Shown: positions 1 to 10,673, counted from the first letter of the stretch. The stretch is 64,000 bases of DNA from Candidatus Heimdallarchaeota archaeon (GCA_011364965.1 RDOB01000002.1:160001-224000), one strand, 5' to 3'. The notes: generated from the letters alone by a model not told the origin. Made by a program: numbers and translations.

Positions 1-465
1 ATATCCCGACAGTTTATTCTGTCTAACAAAATTACCAGCTGACTCTGAAATTAGGTCTCTTTGATCCTCGGGTATTGTGTCGATTTTATTTCCTAATAAG
101 ACAATAGGTATGTTAGGATCATTGTGTTGACGTATCATTCTGACCCATTCAGGTATTTCAGAAAGGGTTTGGATCCTTGATGTATCAAATGCAACAAATG
201 CCCCCGATGAGCCAGTACAGTATCCTGGAAAAAGGGATCTAAATCTATCTTCACCCGCGTAGTCCCAAAATGCCATTCGAACAATATTTTCTCCGATTTC
301 TTGATCCATAACAAGAAAATTGATACCTACAGTACTAACAGCAGGGATATAGCTATTGGTTTCATGACGTTTTAAAAGTGTCGTCTTACCTACTCCCCCA
401 GGCCCTGCCACTACAACTTTAACTGTAAGGACGTCAGGACTAACTATAAATCTAGTCTTCGACAT
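1..465 (-). CDS. Rab/Ras-like small GTPase, 3' end runs off the window; missing from the ORF track
   Basis: Manual translation from ATG at 465: MSKTRFIVSPDVLTVKVVVAGPGGVGKTT...STVGINF...FWDYAGEDRF...LLGNKID (G1, G2, G3 and G4 present). GAGG SD upstream. Confidence 0.93.
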   Translation of the reverse strand, partial: MSKTRFIVSPDVLTVKVVVAGPGGVGKTTLLKRHETNSYIPAVSTVGINFLVMDQEIGENIVRMAFWDYAGEDRFRSLFPGYCTGSSGAFVAFDTSRIQTLSEIPEWVRMIRQHNDPNIPIVLLGNKIDTIPEDQRDLISESAGNFVRQNKLSGY

Positions 466-481
466 ATTTGGATTCCTCAGA

Positions 482-1006
482 TCACATAGCTCTTTTTGGC
501 TTTTTATAAATCCTTTCAGCCATCAATTGAAAGACTCTTTGCGTATTTTCGCCAGTAAAAGCACTTGTTTGGAAGTATTCATCAATTTGGTGGGTGTTTC
601 GAAATTCATTAATTTTTACAGGGGATAATGTAACTCCTAAATCTGCCTTAGTAGAAACAAGAAAGTTAACACTTTCGTTCTCTCTCCCATAAACACGTAT
701 CCACTCATGAAGAAGATCTAAAGTCTCCTCACGTGAAGGATCAAAAGCTAATATCAATCCATCGCAATCTGAAGCGTATTGGGGAAATATCATACGAAAT
801 TTTGGTTCTCCTCCAAAATCATAGACATGAATAACAACAGATGTACCATCTTCAAGTTGAACAGTTTTCAATGTAAATTCAAACCCAACAGTGGAATATA
901 GTCCTTTAAGTGGGAACTGTTCATGAATAAATCTATGAACAAGTGATGATTTCCCTACATGCTTTTCTCCTGCTATCACAACTTTTAATGGTCGATCGAT
1001 TGACAC
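482..1006 (-). CDS. Rab/Ras-like small GTPase
   Basis: GEKHVGKS (G1), STVGFEF (G2), DFGGE (G3), TKAD (G4), TSAF (G5). Confidence 0.93.
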   Translation of the reverse strand: MSIDRPLKVVIAGEKHVGKSSLVHRFIHEQFPLKGLYSTVGFEFTLKTVQLEDGTSVVIHVYDFGGEPKFRMIFPQYASDCDGLILAFDPSREETLDLLHEWIRVYGRENESVNFLVSTKADLGVTLSPVKINEFRNTHQIDEYFQTSAFTGENTQRVFQLMAERIYKKPKRAM

Positions 1007-1141
1007 GAATTATTCCCACTTCATATAATTAAATCTAACCTAAACTAGCTTATATCAATTCTTTTGACGGTAATCAGCGGCAAATTAGATTTTTAATATT
1101 ATATCTTCAGTTTTTGTATCAGCTTTCATCATTTTTATTTA

Positions 1142-2329
1142 TTATTTAATATCAATTTTTGTTTCGTTTTTTGGATGTATATTTTTCAAAGTATTGGCTG
1201 ATTTAGGAATATGGACTTCTGCGGTCTTAATCAATAATGATAATTCTTCACTTCGCGTTATCACTTTTGCGAGTAAAGAATAGACGATCTCATATTTTTC
1301 ATTTACCTTCCTATCAATTATTGCCTGAATTTCATCATGGAAACGCTCTAATTCACGTTGGTGGTTTTTGATTCGAATATTTTGTTCATCCATAATTTTT
1401 TCGTATTCTTTCACCGTCTCTTGAAGTCCTTTTACTAATTCCTCCCTTGATTGCTTTGCCTCTGTTTTTAATTCCTCGGTTAGTTCTGTAATCATGTTTT
1501 CTAATTTTTCCCCAACTTTTTTTGGCATAAAATTTACTGAAATTTCATCAAGAATCTTTGTATCAGACTCTTTAAGTGATTGCGCCGTTAATCCCAATTC
1601 AGTCCGTATACTTTCATTATAACTCTCTATTATTCTTGAAAAGTTCTCAAAATGGGTTTCCTGATCTCTTTTTATAACAGATATTATTTCATTAAACTGC
1701 TGTTTGAGGTTGGATAAATTATCCCTATGCTCATCAAGACTATCTGCATGATTGTCTCCCAATCGACCAAGCTGCTCTAGACCTTCTCCGAGAATTTCCA
1801 TTGAATTCTTTAGGGCATCAAATTGATTTTGTGATAAAGCAATATGGTCAGATATCTTAGAATTCACACTATCGAATGCTGAGTTGGTTTTCCCTTGCTC
1901 ATCGGTAAATGCGTTTAAAATCAATTCTCTTGATTCTTTAATTTCTGTGGAAAAATTAGTCTTCAAATCCTCTTGAATCGTCTCTAAATGTGATAAATCT
2001 TCTTTAATTTCTCCCTCCAATTTATTCTGAGAGCTTTTAATCTCAGATACATTATTTTCCAAGTTTTTATTTAACTCGGAAATCCTTTCCTGGATTTTTG
2101 TAGATAATCTAGAAGTTTCTTCGTTTTGATTTTCTAGCGTCTCTATCTTATGATTTAGCTCCTCTTTCCAATTCCCTAAAGCAAGATTATCCTCCTCAAA
2201 TCGCACTTCAATGTTATCAATAATTTTTTTCAGATCAGTAATTTGTTCATTATTTTCTTCTAAGAACTTTGTTATATCCAATAGTCTTTTTGCAAGTTCT
2301 AGGTCTTCGCTGTCTTCATTTTGCCTCAA
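1142..2329 (-). CDS. Long coiled-coil / apolipoprotein-like helical protein
   Basis: 395 aa, E/K/L/I-rich heptad pattern, almost no Pro until the C-terminus. TTG start with AAGGAG upstream, overlapping the upstream gene's end. Confidence 0.8.
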   Translation of the reverse strand: MRQNEDSEDLELAKRLLDITKFLEENNEQITDLKKIIDNIEVRFEEDNLALGNWKEELNHKIETLENQNEETSRLSTKIQERISELNKNLENNVSEIKSSQNKLEGEIKEDLSHLETIQEDLKTNFSTEIKESRELILNAFTDEQGKTNSAFDSVNSKISDHIALSQNQFDALKNSMEILGEGLEQLGRLGDNHADSLDEHRDNLSNLKQQFNEIISVIKRDQETHFENFSRIIESYNESIRTELGLTAQSLKESDTKILDEISVNFMPKKVGEKLENMITELTEELKTEAKQSREELVKGLQETVKEYEKIMDEQNIRIKNHQRELERFHDEIQAIIDRKVNEKYEIVYSLLAKVITRSEELSLLIKTAEVHIPKSANTLKNIHPKNETKIDIK

Positions 2330-2756
2330 TATTCATCTTCTCCTTCAAATTTTTATTTGCCTCTGTCAATGCGATGTGAATGTCATCTAGGGCATTTAAT
2401 AGTTTCGTTTCAATGCTTTCCTGTTGAATAAACTCATTAATATCCATTCCTTTTTCAACAGCAGGTAAAAACCGTTTCCAATGAGGTCTGATTTCCTCAA
2501 TGTTTTTTGAATCCGCCATTAATATCAATTTTGTTTCAGCATGTAATACTTCGACAATAACTCCTAATTTATGTTCCCCAATGGTAATTTCTGTAATTCC
2601 TGCTGGAAGAATTCCCTTTCTTTTCAAGATTAACAGGGTATCTGCTCTTTCCTGAATGATTGGAAATAGCTCCGTAGGAGTTTGAAGAAAAATTCCTTTT
2701 ACAGAGAAGGCTTCTGCAAATTTTTCTAAAATTTGTTTAAGACTCACAACCATCAA
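2316..2756 (-). CDS. Hypothetical protein, possible roadblock/profilin-like small alpha/beta domain plus C-terminal helix
   Basis: 146 aa. LKQILEKF..VKGIFLQT helix-hairpin pattern. The fold guess is weak. Confidence 0.6.
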   Translation of the reverse strand: MMVVSLKQILEKFAEAFSVKGIFLQTPTELFPIIQERADTLLILKRKGILPAGITEITIGEHKLGVIVEVLHAETKLILMADSKNIEEIRPHWKRFLPAVEKGMDINEFIQQESIETKLLNALDDIHIALTEANKNLKEKMNIEAK

Positions 2757-2900
2757 TCCAAATGCACGAAAGTTTTTCTAGGCATATAGAAAAACTTGTT
2801 GATAATCTTCAATTAATTTAAAATGAACAATTTCTTAAAGATTACATAATACACTCATAAAACAATAACTTCAATACAAATTATAGGAATTTGATAAATT

Positions 2901-3611
2901 ATGAATGACATCTCTTTAGGTTCACAATTGACCGTTATCCTTCCCACATTGAATGAAAGCGAAAATATTGGAAAAATGATTTCGCATTTGCACTCACTCC
3001 TATCAGATTTGAAGATAATAGTTGCTGATGATGGATCAACTGATGGAACCATAGAAATTGTAAATCAGAGGATTATTGAAAACAGGAATATTTCTTTGTT
3101 AAATCGAAGTGAAGATCCAATAAAAGGGCTTTCTGTTTCCATCGCTGAAGCGATCAATCAAACTGAAACAGATTATTTTGTAGTTTTAGACTCAGATTTC
3201 CAACATCCCCCTGAAAAGGTAATTGATGCCCTAAAATTGCTGAATGAAGGATTTCCCCTTGTTATTGGATATCGTACCGAATTTAAAGGTTGGAGTTTTA
3301 AACGGCGCTTAATTTCTTGGGGTGCGACTGATTTAGGGAAGTTTGCTCTTTTCATTCGAGGCAGAAATAGACCAAGAGACATTATGAGCGGTTTTTTTGG
3401 CGGAAAAACAGATTTTGTCCAAAAAATTTTACATGAAAATCCTGGAATTATAGAACCTCGTGGATATAAAATTTTATTTGATTTATTGAAAATTTTACCA
3501 AAAAAAGACAAGATTGGGGAATTTCCTTATAGCTTTCAGGAAAGGGAGGAAGGAAAATCAAAAATCAAAATGAAGCACTTCTTAATCTACTTTAGATCGT
3601 TATTCAAATAG
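2901..3611 (+). CDS. Polyprenol/dolichol-phosphate mannosyltransferase-like GT2 (DPM1-like)
   Basis: ILPTLNE, DDGSTDGT, LDSDFQHPP, DIMSGFF, REEGKSK. Confidence 0.9.
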   Translation: MNDISLGSQLTVILPTLNESENIGKMISHLHSLLSDLKIIVADDGSTDGTIEIVNQRIIENRNISLLNRSEDPIKGLSVSIAEAINQTETDYFVVLDSDFQHPPEKVIDALKLLNEGFPLVIGYRTEFKGWSFKRRLISWGATDLGKFALFIRGRNRPRDIMSGFFGGKTDFVQKILHENPGIIEPRGYKILFDLLKILPKKDKIGEFPYSFQEREEGKSKIKMKHFLIYFRSLFK

Positions 3612-3612
3612 T

Positions 3613-4227
3613 TTAATACTGTCGTTGTCCAGGAACTGTTGAACGAATGCGACTAGTAGTAGACCGGCTAGTTTTTCTCTGGCCATCTACAAATCGCATA
3701 ATATTGGTGCCTAGAAGCTGAAAAGCTTTTTGGATATTAACTCCAGTTTTTGCTGAAGTTTCTACATAATGACACGTAAACCCTTCTGGTTTGGTTAAAT
3801 TACTTAATCTGTCAGTGAAAATACGTCCTTGTTCTGGAGATACAGTATCATCGGATAATTCTCTCATATCAATTTTATTGGCCACAACAACAATAGGAAC
3901 TCTTCCCCGACCATTATTGGTCCATAATTCATTAATCCATTTTGGGGTGTTAAAATAAGAATCTGGTCTTGTTACATCGTAAACTAATAAAGCACCTACA
4001 CATCCTTTATAATATACTTCTCTGACTGCATCGAACCGCTGTTGTCCTGCTAGGTCCCAAATTTGATATCGAATGTGTTTCCCGCTTACATCATCATCTC
4101 GCATTGCGAAGTCGGCACCAATAGTTAACAAATATTGCGCCTTGAATCCTTTCCCTAAATAGCGCTCACGAATGGCTGTTTTTCCAACACCACCATCACC
4201 AATCAAGACTATCTTAAGAACGGTCAT
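3613..4227 (-). CDS. Rab-like small GTPase
   Basis: GDGGVGKT, TIGADF, QIWDLAGQQRF, YYKG, LVYDVT, NKID, ETSAK. Confidence 0.96.
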   Translation of the reverse strand: MTVLKIVLIGDGGVGKTAIRERYLGKGFKAQYLLTIGADFAMRDDDVSGKHIRYQIWDLAGQQRFDAVREVYYKGCVGALLVYDVTRPDSYFNTPKWINELWTNNGRGRVPIVVVANKIDMRELSDDTVSPEQGRIFTDRLSNLTKPEGFTCHYVETSAKTGVNIQKAFQLLGTNIMRFVDGQRKTSRSTTSRIRSTVPGQRQY

Positions 4228-4545
4228 TCTGAATCATACCCTCTTTCTTACATGAAGCGTATATATTTTGACGACATACTTCAGTAAGATTTTGGTATTA
4301 CAATTATTGAATGAGTGAATAATTTATATTAAACTATCTAGTTAGTCTATTCGACTTTCTTAATTACACTCGTTATCTGTCCCTTTTACGAGAAATTTAA
4401 GAGTTTTTCTTAAAATTTAAGCCAAATTTCCACTGTAACAATCTTTTTTGATGTCTTTTTTTTAGAGATTGATTATTAGATCAGAACCAAAGGAATATTA
4501 ATTTGACTTCATAAAGTTATTTTTTAATAAAAATAGGGTGTAAAT

Positions 4546-5532
4546 ATGAGTAAAGTGTTATTACTTTCAAGAAAAAATGTTGAAGCAGTTTTAAACATGC
4601 GAGATACAATAGAAGTACTGAAATCAGCGTTTAGTGAACTTTCTAATGGAAGTGCTATCCTTCCTCAAAGAATTGTCATCCCAGTAGAAAAACAAAAAGG
4701 AATTAGTCTTTATATGCCAGCTTTTCTTCCTGAGACTGGTTCGTTGGCTGTTAAAGTGGTTACCGTCTTTAAAGAGAATGTTAGCAAGTTTAATATCCCT
4801 ACAACTCTTGGAAAAGTCTTATTACAGGATATAGAAACTGGAGATGTTAATTGCATTATGGATGGAGGGTACTTAACTGCAATGCGTACTGGCGCTGTCT
4901 CTGGATGTGCTATCGAATATTTAGCAAAAAAAAATGCCCAGATATTGACCTTATTCGGTGCAGGTGTCCAAGGAAGTACTCAATTATGGGCTGCGATTGA
5001 GGCACGACCAAGTCTTCATACTTGTAGAATATATGATATACAGAAAGAGATTGCTCAAGATTTCGCTAAAAATGCAAAGCATCATAATCTTAATTTTGAG
5101 TTCCCTAATTCCCCTAAAGAGGCTATAAAAGACACAGATATCATTGTTACTTCTACAACTTCTCTTACTCCTATATTCAAGGGAGAATGGCTTGAATCGG
5201 GAATGCATATCTCTGGTATTGGTTCTCACAACCCTGGGGCAAGAGAATTGGATACTATAACAATTCAACGATCAAAAATTATATGTGATCAAATAAGTGC
5301 TTGTTTGGCTGAAGCGGGAGATATTATGATCCCAATTAAAGAAGGAGTCATATCAAGAAATCAACTCACCGAGTTAGGTGAAGTCATAAATGGTCTGAAA
5401 CCAGGAAGAGAAAATTCTGAGGAGATTACTCTCTTTAAATCTGTCGGCTTAGCAATTCAGGATGCTGCTGTGGCTAAGTTGGTCTATGATAAGGCTTGTG
5501 AAAAAAATATAGGTACAGAGGTAGAAATATAA
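4546..5532 (+). CDS. Ornithine cyclodeaminase / mu-crystallin family (could be archaeal alanine dehydrogenase)
   Basis: YMPA, VKVVT, LTAMRTGA, GAGVQG, FKSVGLAIQD. Confidence 0.92.
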   Translation: MSKVLLLSRKNVEAVLNMRDTIEVLKSAFSELSNGSAILPQRIVIPVEKQKGISLYMPAFLPETGSLAVKVVTVFKENVSKFNIPTTLGKVLLQDIETGDVNCIMDGGYLTAMRTGAVSGCAIEYLAKKNAQILTLFGAGVQGSTQLWAAIEARPSLHTCRIYDIQKEIAQDFAKNAKHHNLNFEFPNSPKEAIKDTDIIVTSTTSLTPIFKGEWLESGMHISGIGSHNPGARELDTITIQRSKIICDQISACLAEAGDIMIPIKEGVISRNQLTELGEVINGLKPGRENSEEITLFKSVGLAIQDAAVAKLVYDKACEKNIGTEVEI

Positions 5533-5571
5533 AAAATTCACACAAAAAAAGAAGAAAGGGGGGAGGGAATT

Positions 5572-6882
5572 TTATTCTGATTTTGCTTCTCCTGATTTTA
5601 CCCCAAACATCATAATAAAAGCAATTATAAAACAGATAAGGCTAACAGGGAATAGAAGTTCAAATGTGCCTCCTGTTAAAAGATCAAAGACCAAACCAAT
5701 TAAAGCAGGGCCAGCTACTGCAGCTGAACTACTGAAAAGATAATACAAACCTGTATATGATCCTAGTTTTTCATCTGTAGCAATCTCCCAGACAATAACG
5801 ATTGAATTGATATTGATTAAAGCCCATCCTATTCCTGCGAATGCTAGTATAATCATCACGATGTAATACTGATTCGTAGGAGATAAATTAAGCAAGTTAA
5901 ATTGTCCAAGGAACAAAACTGCAATAAGAAAGACAGAAAGGATCGGTAAACCAATTTTAATAGTGTTCGCTCTACCAATACGTTGTCCGATATATCCAGC
6001 AGGAATTGCAAAGAGAACGAAGACTAATGAAAATGAAGTTAACATTAAACTGGCAGCACCTTCTGCTGCTTGAATCGCCTCTTCAGTTGCGGGAGCTGCA
6101 AGATCTACTAGATAAGGAAGAGTTGTCGTTGCCCAACTCGTATACCATGTTTCCAGCGCATTGTATCCAAGAAACCAAAAAAATATCGCAAACAAAACAA
6201 ATAAGCAAGATTTATCATTGTCGGTTAAAACTTCTTTAACGCTTGTTATAACTGATACTTTGGTTTCTGGTGCCTCTTTGCTGGCATATTCTTCAGGTTC
6301 TTTAACAAATAGAACTAATAAAAACATTGCGATTATCATTATAGCAGAAGTACTACCAAATGCGACTAATGGACTAATAGTGTATAGTCTTGAACCGAAT
6401 AGAAAGGCATAAACAGCCCCCAAACCACCCATTAAATTAATTACACCATTAGCTTTACTACGATGTTTTGAAGAAATAATATCAGGCATCAATGCAACTA
6501 CAGGTGCTCTATAGAATGCCATCATTAGTAAGAAACAAATAATTGCTGCCATCAAGTAGAGGATTACACCTTTTACTAAAGGAAGCACGAATAAGAAAAT
6601 CGCTGAAATCGGAACACCTATTATTAAAAATGGTATGCGACGGCCCCATCGAGTACGAGTATTATCAGAAACAGATCCAATTATCGGTTCCATAATAATC
6701 ATTGCGAGATTGTCAAGTCCCATGATTGCACCGACTATAACTCTATCTGGTATGAAACTATTAAGCCAGAGTGGAACATAACTATTATAAAGCGCCCATG
6801 AAACACCGGTTGTGAAAAAGCCTAATCCAATTAAAAATGTCTTAGTCCAGCTAAATCCTGTCTTGTTTTCTGTAATTTGCAT
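5572..6882 (-). CDS. MFS transporter, SLC45/maltose-sucrose-like
   Basis: About 12 hydrophobic segments; SDNTRTRWGRRIPF motif. Confidence 0.9.
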   Translation of the reverse strand: MQITENKTGFSWTKTFLIGLGFFTTGVSWALYNSYVPLWLNSFIPDRVIVGAIMGLDNLAMIIMEPIIGSVSDNTRTRWGRRIPFLIIGVPISAIFLFVLPLVKGVILYLMAAIICFLLMMAFYRAPVVALMPDIISSKHRSKANGVINLMGGLGAVYAFLFGSRLYTISPLVAFGSTSAIMIIAMFLLVLFVKEPEEYASKEAPETKVSVITSVKEVLTDNDKSCLFVLFAIFFWFLGYNALETWYTSWATTTLPYLVDLAAPATEEAIQAAEGAASLMLTSFSLVFVLFAIPAGYIGQRIGRANTIKIGLPILSVFLIAVLFLGQFNLLNLSPTNQYYIVMIILAFAGIGWALININSIVIVWEIATDEKLGSYTGLYYLFSSSAAVAGPALIGLVFDLLTGGTFELLFPVSLICFIIAFIMMFGVKSGEAKSE

Positions 6883-7155
6883 CTTATTTTACATCCTATT
6901 AAGTAAGTATGCCTAATTTCTTTATCCTACCTCACTTAAAATTAAGGATTTTACATTTATTTCAGAAGAGGTCAATAAAGTGTCGATTTTAAAGCTAATT
7001 CTTTCTTCTCTGTCTACAATTTTAAATATTTACCCCTCTTTCAATATTTTATAGGTTCGTAATCATGGTGAAAATGATCACAGAAAAGTGCATTTAAAAG
7101 ATTGAGAAGCTTTATTCAAAAATGAATCCACATTGGAGTAAGGAGTTGAAGAAAT

Positions 7156-7569
7156 ATGAATTCTTTTTTCCAAAGAATTTCCAGAAACCGTCCTTTAGTC
7201 CTTATTGGTATGATAATTGTCACGATATATTCATTCTTTGCATTTCTCTTTGCTCTTTCAATACTTATTCAAGAATTTAGCAATTCAGGAGGATATTCTT
7301 TCTCATATTTACTGAATTTAATTCTAACGCTTCTAATTAGTTATCCCTTATTGTTTATTTACTTAAGTCCAATATTCTTGTGTTTCGTGCTATTATTTCA
7401 AATCTTTAGTTTTGATTTAAAGAAAATACCAATGAAAACAACGTTATACGAAAGCATTTTTCTTCCCACCCTTTATTACGGTTCAATAAAAGTGATAATC
7501 CCCCACTTTGAGCAGGAACACAGGATTATATCTGCTAAAGAAGACTCTAATAACGATTTAAAAACATAA
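7156..7569 (+). CDS. Hypothetical membrane protein
   Basis: Two to three hydrophobic segments; AGGAG SD upstream. Confidence 0.5.
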   Translation: MNSFFQRISRNRPLVLIGMIIVTIYSFFAFLFALSILIQEFSNSGGYSFSYLLNLILTLLISYPLLFIYLSPIFLCFVLLFQIFSFDLKKIPMKTTLYESIFLPTLYYGSIKVIIPHFEQEHRIISAKEDSNNDLKT

Positions 7570-7670
7570 TAAATTTTAATGATTTTCAATGGAAGGATTA
7601 TAAAAACATCGTTTTTCTGCTTCGCTTGGTTTCTAACATATAGTAAGAATGATAAATACTTATAAAAGGG

Positions 7671-7982
7671 TTGAGAAATATGAGAACTAGACGAGAATCA
7701 ATAATAAAGCTCCTCCGAGAGCATGATGATATTACTTTACAAGAATTAGCAGATTTGACTCAAACTGCTGTTAAAACTATTGCTCGTGATTTAGATTCCG
7801 TTAGAAAAACCATAAAATCAGAAGGTTTGAGGATTGAAGTTCGTCCTGCAAAATGTATGGCATGTGAGTATCTATTTACGGGTAGAAATCGCGTATCAGA
7901 TCCCACAAAATGCCCTGAATGCCATTCAGAACGAATTGATCCTCAAAGGTTTCGACTTGCAGAAACCAAACAGAGGGAATGA
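7671..7982 (+). CDS. HTH transcriptional regulator with C-terminal Zn ribbon (archaeal COG3357-like)
   Basis: TRRESIIKLL, HTH (LQELADL..KTIARDL), CMACE...CPECHSERI. The true start may be ATG at 7680. Confidence 0.88.
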   Translation: MRNMRTRRESIIKLLREHDDITLQELADLTQTAVKTIARDLDSVRKTIKSEGLRIEVRPAKCMACEYLFTGRNRVSDPTKCPECHSERIDPQRFRLAETKQRE

Positions 7983-7983
7983 A

Positions 7984-8418
7984 TTAAGTTCCGCTACTCC
8001 CTAATCCTCCTCCTCGATCATTTTTAGCGTCCAAATTTGTTGTTTCAATTATTTCACAATCTTCCACTTTTTGAAACACCATTTGTGCTATTCTATCCCC
8101 TGATTTTATGGAATAAGGCTTTAAATTAATTGAATTAAGAATAACCATTATTTCTCCACGATATCCTGAATCAATAACCCCCCCAGTAACAAAAATCCCG
8201 TTGCTAGCCATTGAACTTCTTCCCTTTATTTGACCATAAAATCCTTGAGGAATTTCCATTGATATCCCAGTATGAATAATAGCTGTTTCGCCAGTGTTTA
8301 AGGTAATTGATTCGATAGAATATAAATCGAAAGCTGCATCCAATTTATTATGTTTCTTAGGTATCTTGGCTATTTGACTCAATTTCTTGACTTTTATTTG
8401 CAAATTTAATCGACCCAT
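7984..8418 (-). CDS. dut: Trimeric dUTPase
   Basis: AAFDL, GRSS, GVIDSGYRGEI, GDRIAQ, RGGGLGSSG. Confidence 0.95.
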   Translation of the reverse strand: MGRLNLQIKVKKLSQIAKIPKKHNKLDAAFDLYSIESITLNTGETAIIHTGISMEIPQGFYGQIKGRSSMASNGIFVTGGVIDSGYRGEIMVILNSINLKPYSIKSGDRIAQMVFQKVEDCEIIETTNLDAKNDRGGGLGSSGT

Positions 8419-8668
8419 TGGAATTCCTGCAGTGCTATTGTAAAAGCATATTATAATCTTGATTTTTTGAGATGTATAATCCTATATGGATTATAGAAAA
8501 CAAATGAAAGATTATACACCCCACTTTTAATGTTTATAATATTATTTGTTTATAATAGTACAAGAATTCATTCTATATAGAGTCCGTGTTTCAAGGAAAT
8601 TAATAGAAATTGGAAACAGATTAAAAGACTCATTATAAGTTAAGAAAATATGCCATATTTTAGGTGAA

Positions 8669-9325
8669 ATGAGAATGGCAACGAGAAAATGGCACCTATT
8701 TACCGCAATCTTGGTTTTTTTAGCTTATATAATTGGTTACTGGTATTTGCAGTCGTATTTTATGGCACAACTACCTATCCTCGCTCCTCTATTGATACTA
8801 ACTGCGTTTTTAATGGCCTTAATCGGTTCAGAGGCGCCAGATTGGGATTTCATGATGAGTTGGTTGCAACATAGAGATATTACAACTCATTCTGTCGGAA
8901 TTCCAGCTATAATTACATTTGTGATCTTTATTCAGAAAGTTATTATGCCCATGAATCCTTCTTTAATGCTAGCTTTGATTTTCATACCCTTCATGTTTGG
9001 TTTTAGTTCTCATTTACTACTGGATTTATTCCCAGGAGTTGATCCTGAGAAGGAATTGAAAAAGGGTGGAATAACTCACACAACTGCTTTACTCTTGAAA
9101 GGATTTATTTCTGGATTAACTGGTGTTGAAACAGCTAAGGCGCTCCAAGGAACTTATCTAATCCATTTACCATTTAAAATGAAACTTCAGAGTGAAAAGG
9201 GCAGAAAAAAGTGGGAAATACGGAAAACTTTACCTCTTCATGCTTCTAGGTGGTGGTTGTTTTTTAATGGGTTATTATCTCTGAGTTTGGGCATTTTTAT
9301 CCTAACTGCTTACCTTTGGAGATAA
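8669..9325 (+). CDS. Membrane-bound metal-dependent hydrolase (YdjM-like)
   Basis: N-terminal His, PDWD, HRDITTHS, SHLLLD and TM helices. Confidence 0.8.
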   Translation: MRMATRKWHLFTAILVFLAYIIGYWYLQSYFMAQLPILAPLLILTAFLMALIGSEAPDWDFMMSWLQHRDITTHSVGIPAIITFVIFIQKVIMPMNPSLMLALIFIPFMFGFSSHLLLDLFPGVDPEKELKKGGITHTTALLLKGFISGLTGVETAKALQGTYLIHLPFKMKLQSEKGRKKWEIRKTLPLHASRWWLFFNGLLSLSLGIFILTAYLWR

Positions 9326-9334
9326 AATTTCCAA

Positions 9335-10534
9335 TTATTTTCCAAGTATACTTTTTATAATATCAAGTGCCCAGTTTAGGTCTTCTTTTGAGATGACTAA
9401 AGGAGGAGCGAAACGGATTACATAGTCATGAGTTTCCTTAGCTAAGATACCATTTTGGATTAATTGCTCCGTAAAAGGACGAGCTTTTTCTGATAATTCT
9501 ACTGCAACTAACAATCCTTTCCCTCTTACTTCTTTTATTCTTGGATGATTAATCTTTTTCAGCTCTGTAATAAACATTTCTCCTAATTCTGCCGCCCTAA
9601 CGTCAAGTTTTTCTTCTACTAGTACATTTAAGGCAGCCTCTCCAACTACGCAAGCTAAGGGGAAACCACCAAAAGTTGAACCATGAGACCCAGGTATAAA
9701 AACTTTCATAATTTCTTTTCTTGAAACTACTGCTGAAACTGGCAATAATCCTCCTCCTAAAGCTTTTCCCAATGTCAGAACATCAGGAGTTATTCCTTCA
9801 TGTTGAAAACAAAACATCTTTCCAGTTCGACAAAAACCCGTTTGAATCTCATCAAGCACAAATAACACATTATTTCGAGTACAAATCTCTCTAATTTGCT
9901 TTAAATAGCCATTGGAAGGAACTATGACTCCAGCTTCACCTTGAATTGGTTCACATAGAAATGCAACAGTATTATTTGTTATTGCAGTTTCTAAAGCTTT
10001 AATATCATTAAATGGTATAATTTTAAATCCAGGAGTAAAAGGTCCAAAATTTGTATTTGCGTCTGGATCAGTTGAGAATCCAACAATAGTTGTGGTTCTT
10101 CCATGAAAATTATTGGCACAGACTATTATTTCTGATTTACCTTCTGGAACTCCTTTGATTTCATATCCCCATCGCCGAACCATCTTAATTGCAGTTTCAA
10201 CAGCTTCTGCCCCAGTATTCATAGGTAAAGCCATATCAAAGCCCTTACCACAAATTTCAAGTAAGTGTTTAAGGTAAGGCCCCATACGATCATTATAGAA
10301 TGCTCGTGATGTTAAGGCAACATTTTCTAATTGATCTTTTAGTGCTTGGACAATTTTCGGATGAAGATGGCCTTGATTCACAGCGGAATATGCAGAAAGA
10401 CAATCAAGGTATTTTTTCCCTTCAACATCCCACACCCATGGGCCTTTGGCTTTAGCAATTACAACTGGAATCGGATGATAATTATGAGCTCCGTATTCTT
10501 CTTCAATAGCCATATAATACTGCGAATTTTTCAT
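9335..10534 (-). CDS. rocD: Ornithine--oxo-acid aminotransferase
   Basis: GAHNYHP, LSAYSAVNQGH, EPIQGEAG, DEIQTG, LGKALGGG, HGSTFGG. Confidence 0.96.
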   Translation of the reverse strand: MKNSQYYMAIEEEYGAHNYHPIPVVIAKAKGPWVWDVEGKKYLDCLSAYSAVNQGHLHPKIVQALKDQLENVALTSRAFYNDRMGPYLKHLLEICGKGFDMALPMNTGAEAVETAIKMVRRWGYEIKGVPEGKSEIIVCANNFHGRTTTIVGFSTDPDANTNFGPFTPGFKIIPFNDIKALETAITNNTVAFLCEPIQGEAGVIVPSNGYLKQIREICTRNNVLFVLDEIQTGFCRTGKMFCFQHEGITPDVLTLGKALGGGLLPVSAVVSRKEIMKVFIPGSHGSTFGGFPLACVVGEAALNVLVEEKLDVRAAELGEMFITELKKINHPRIKEVRGKGLLVAVELSEKARPFTEQLIQNGILAKETHDYVIRFAPPLVISKEDLNWALDIIKSILGK

Positions 10535-10673
10535 TTTTATCTACCACAAGACAAATCGAAAACCATTCTTCATGTGGTAAGAAAAAATGATTTTCATTTA
10601 AATTTTGTCAATATGATACTTATATACGATCTTGATTATGCTATAAATTTTTCAACATTTGATTGATTTTAAT

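Noticed and set aside
2316-2329. Frameshift joining the 146-aa and 395-aa ORFs
   Set aside because: A 14-bp overlap with an AAGGAG SD before TTG fits translational coupling, and no slippery run is evident
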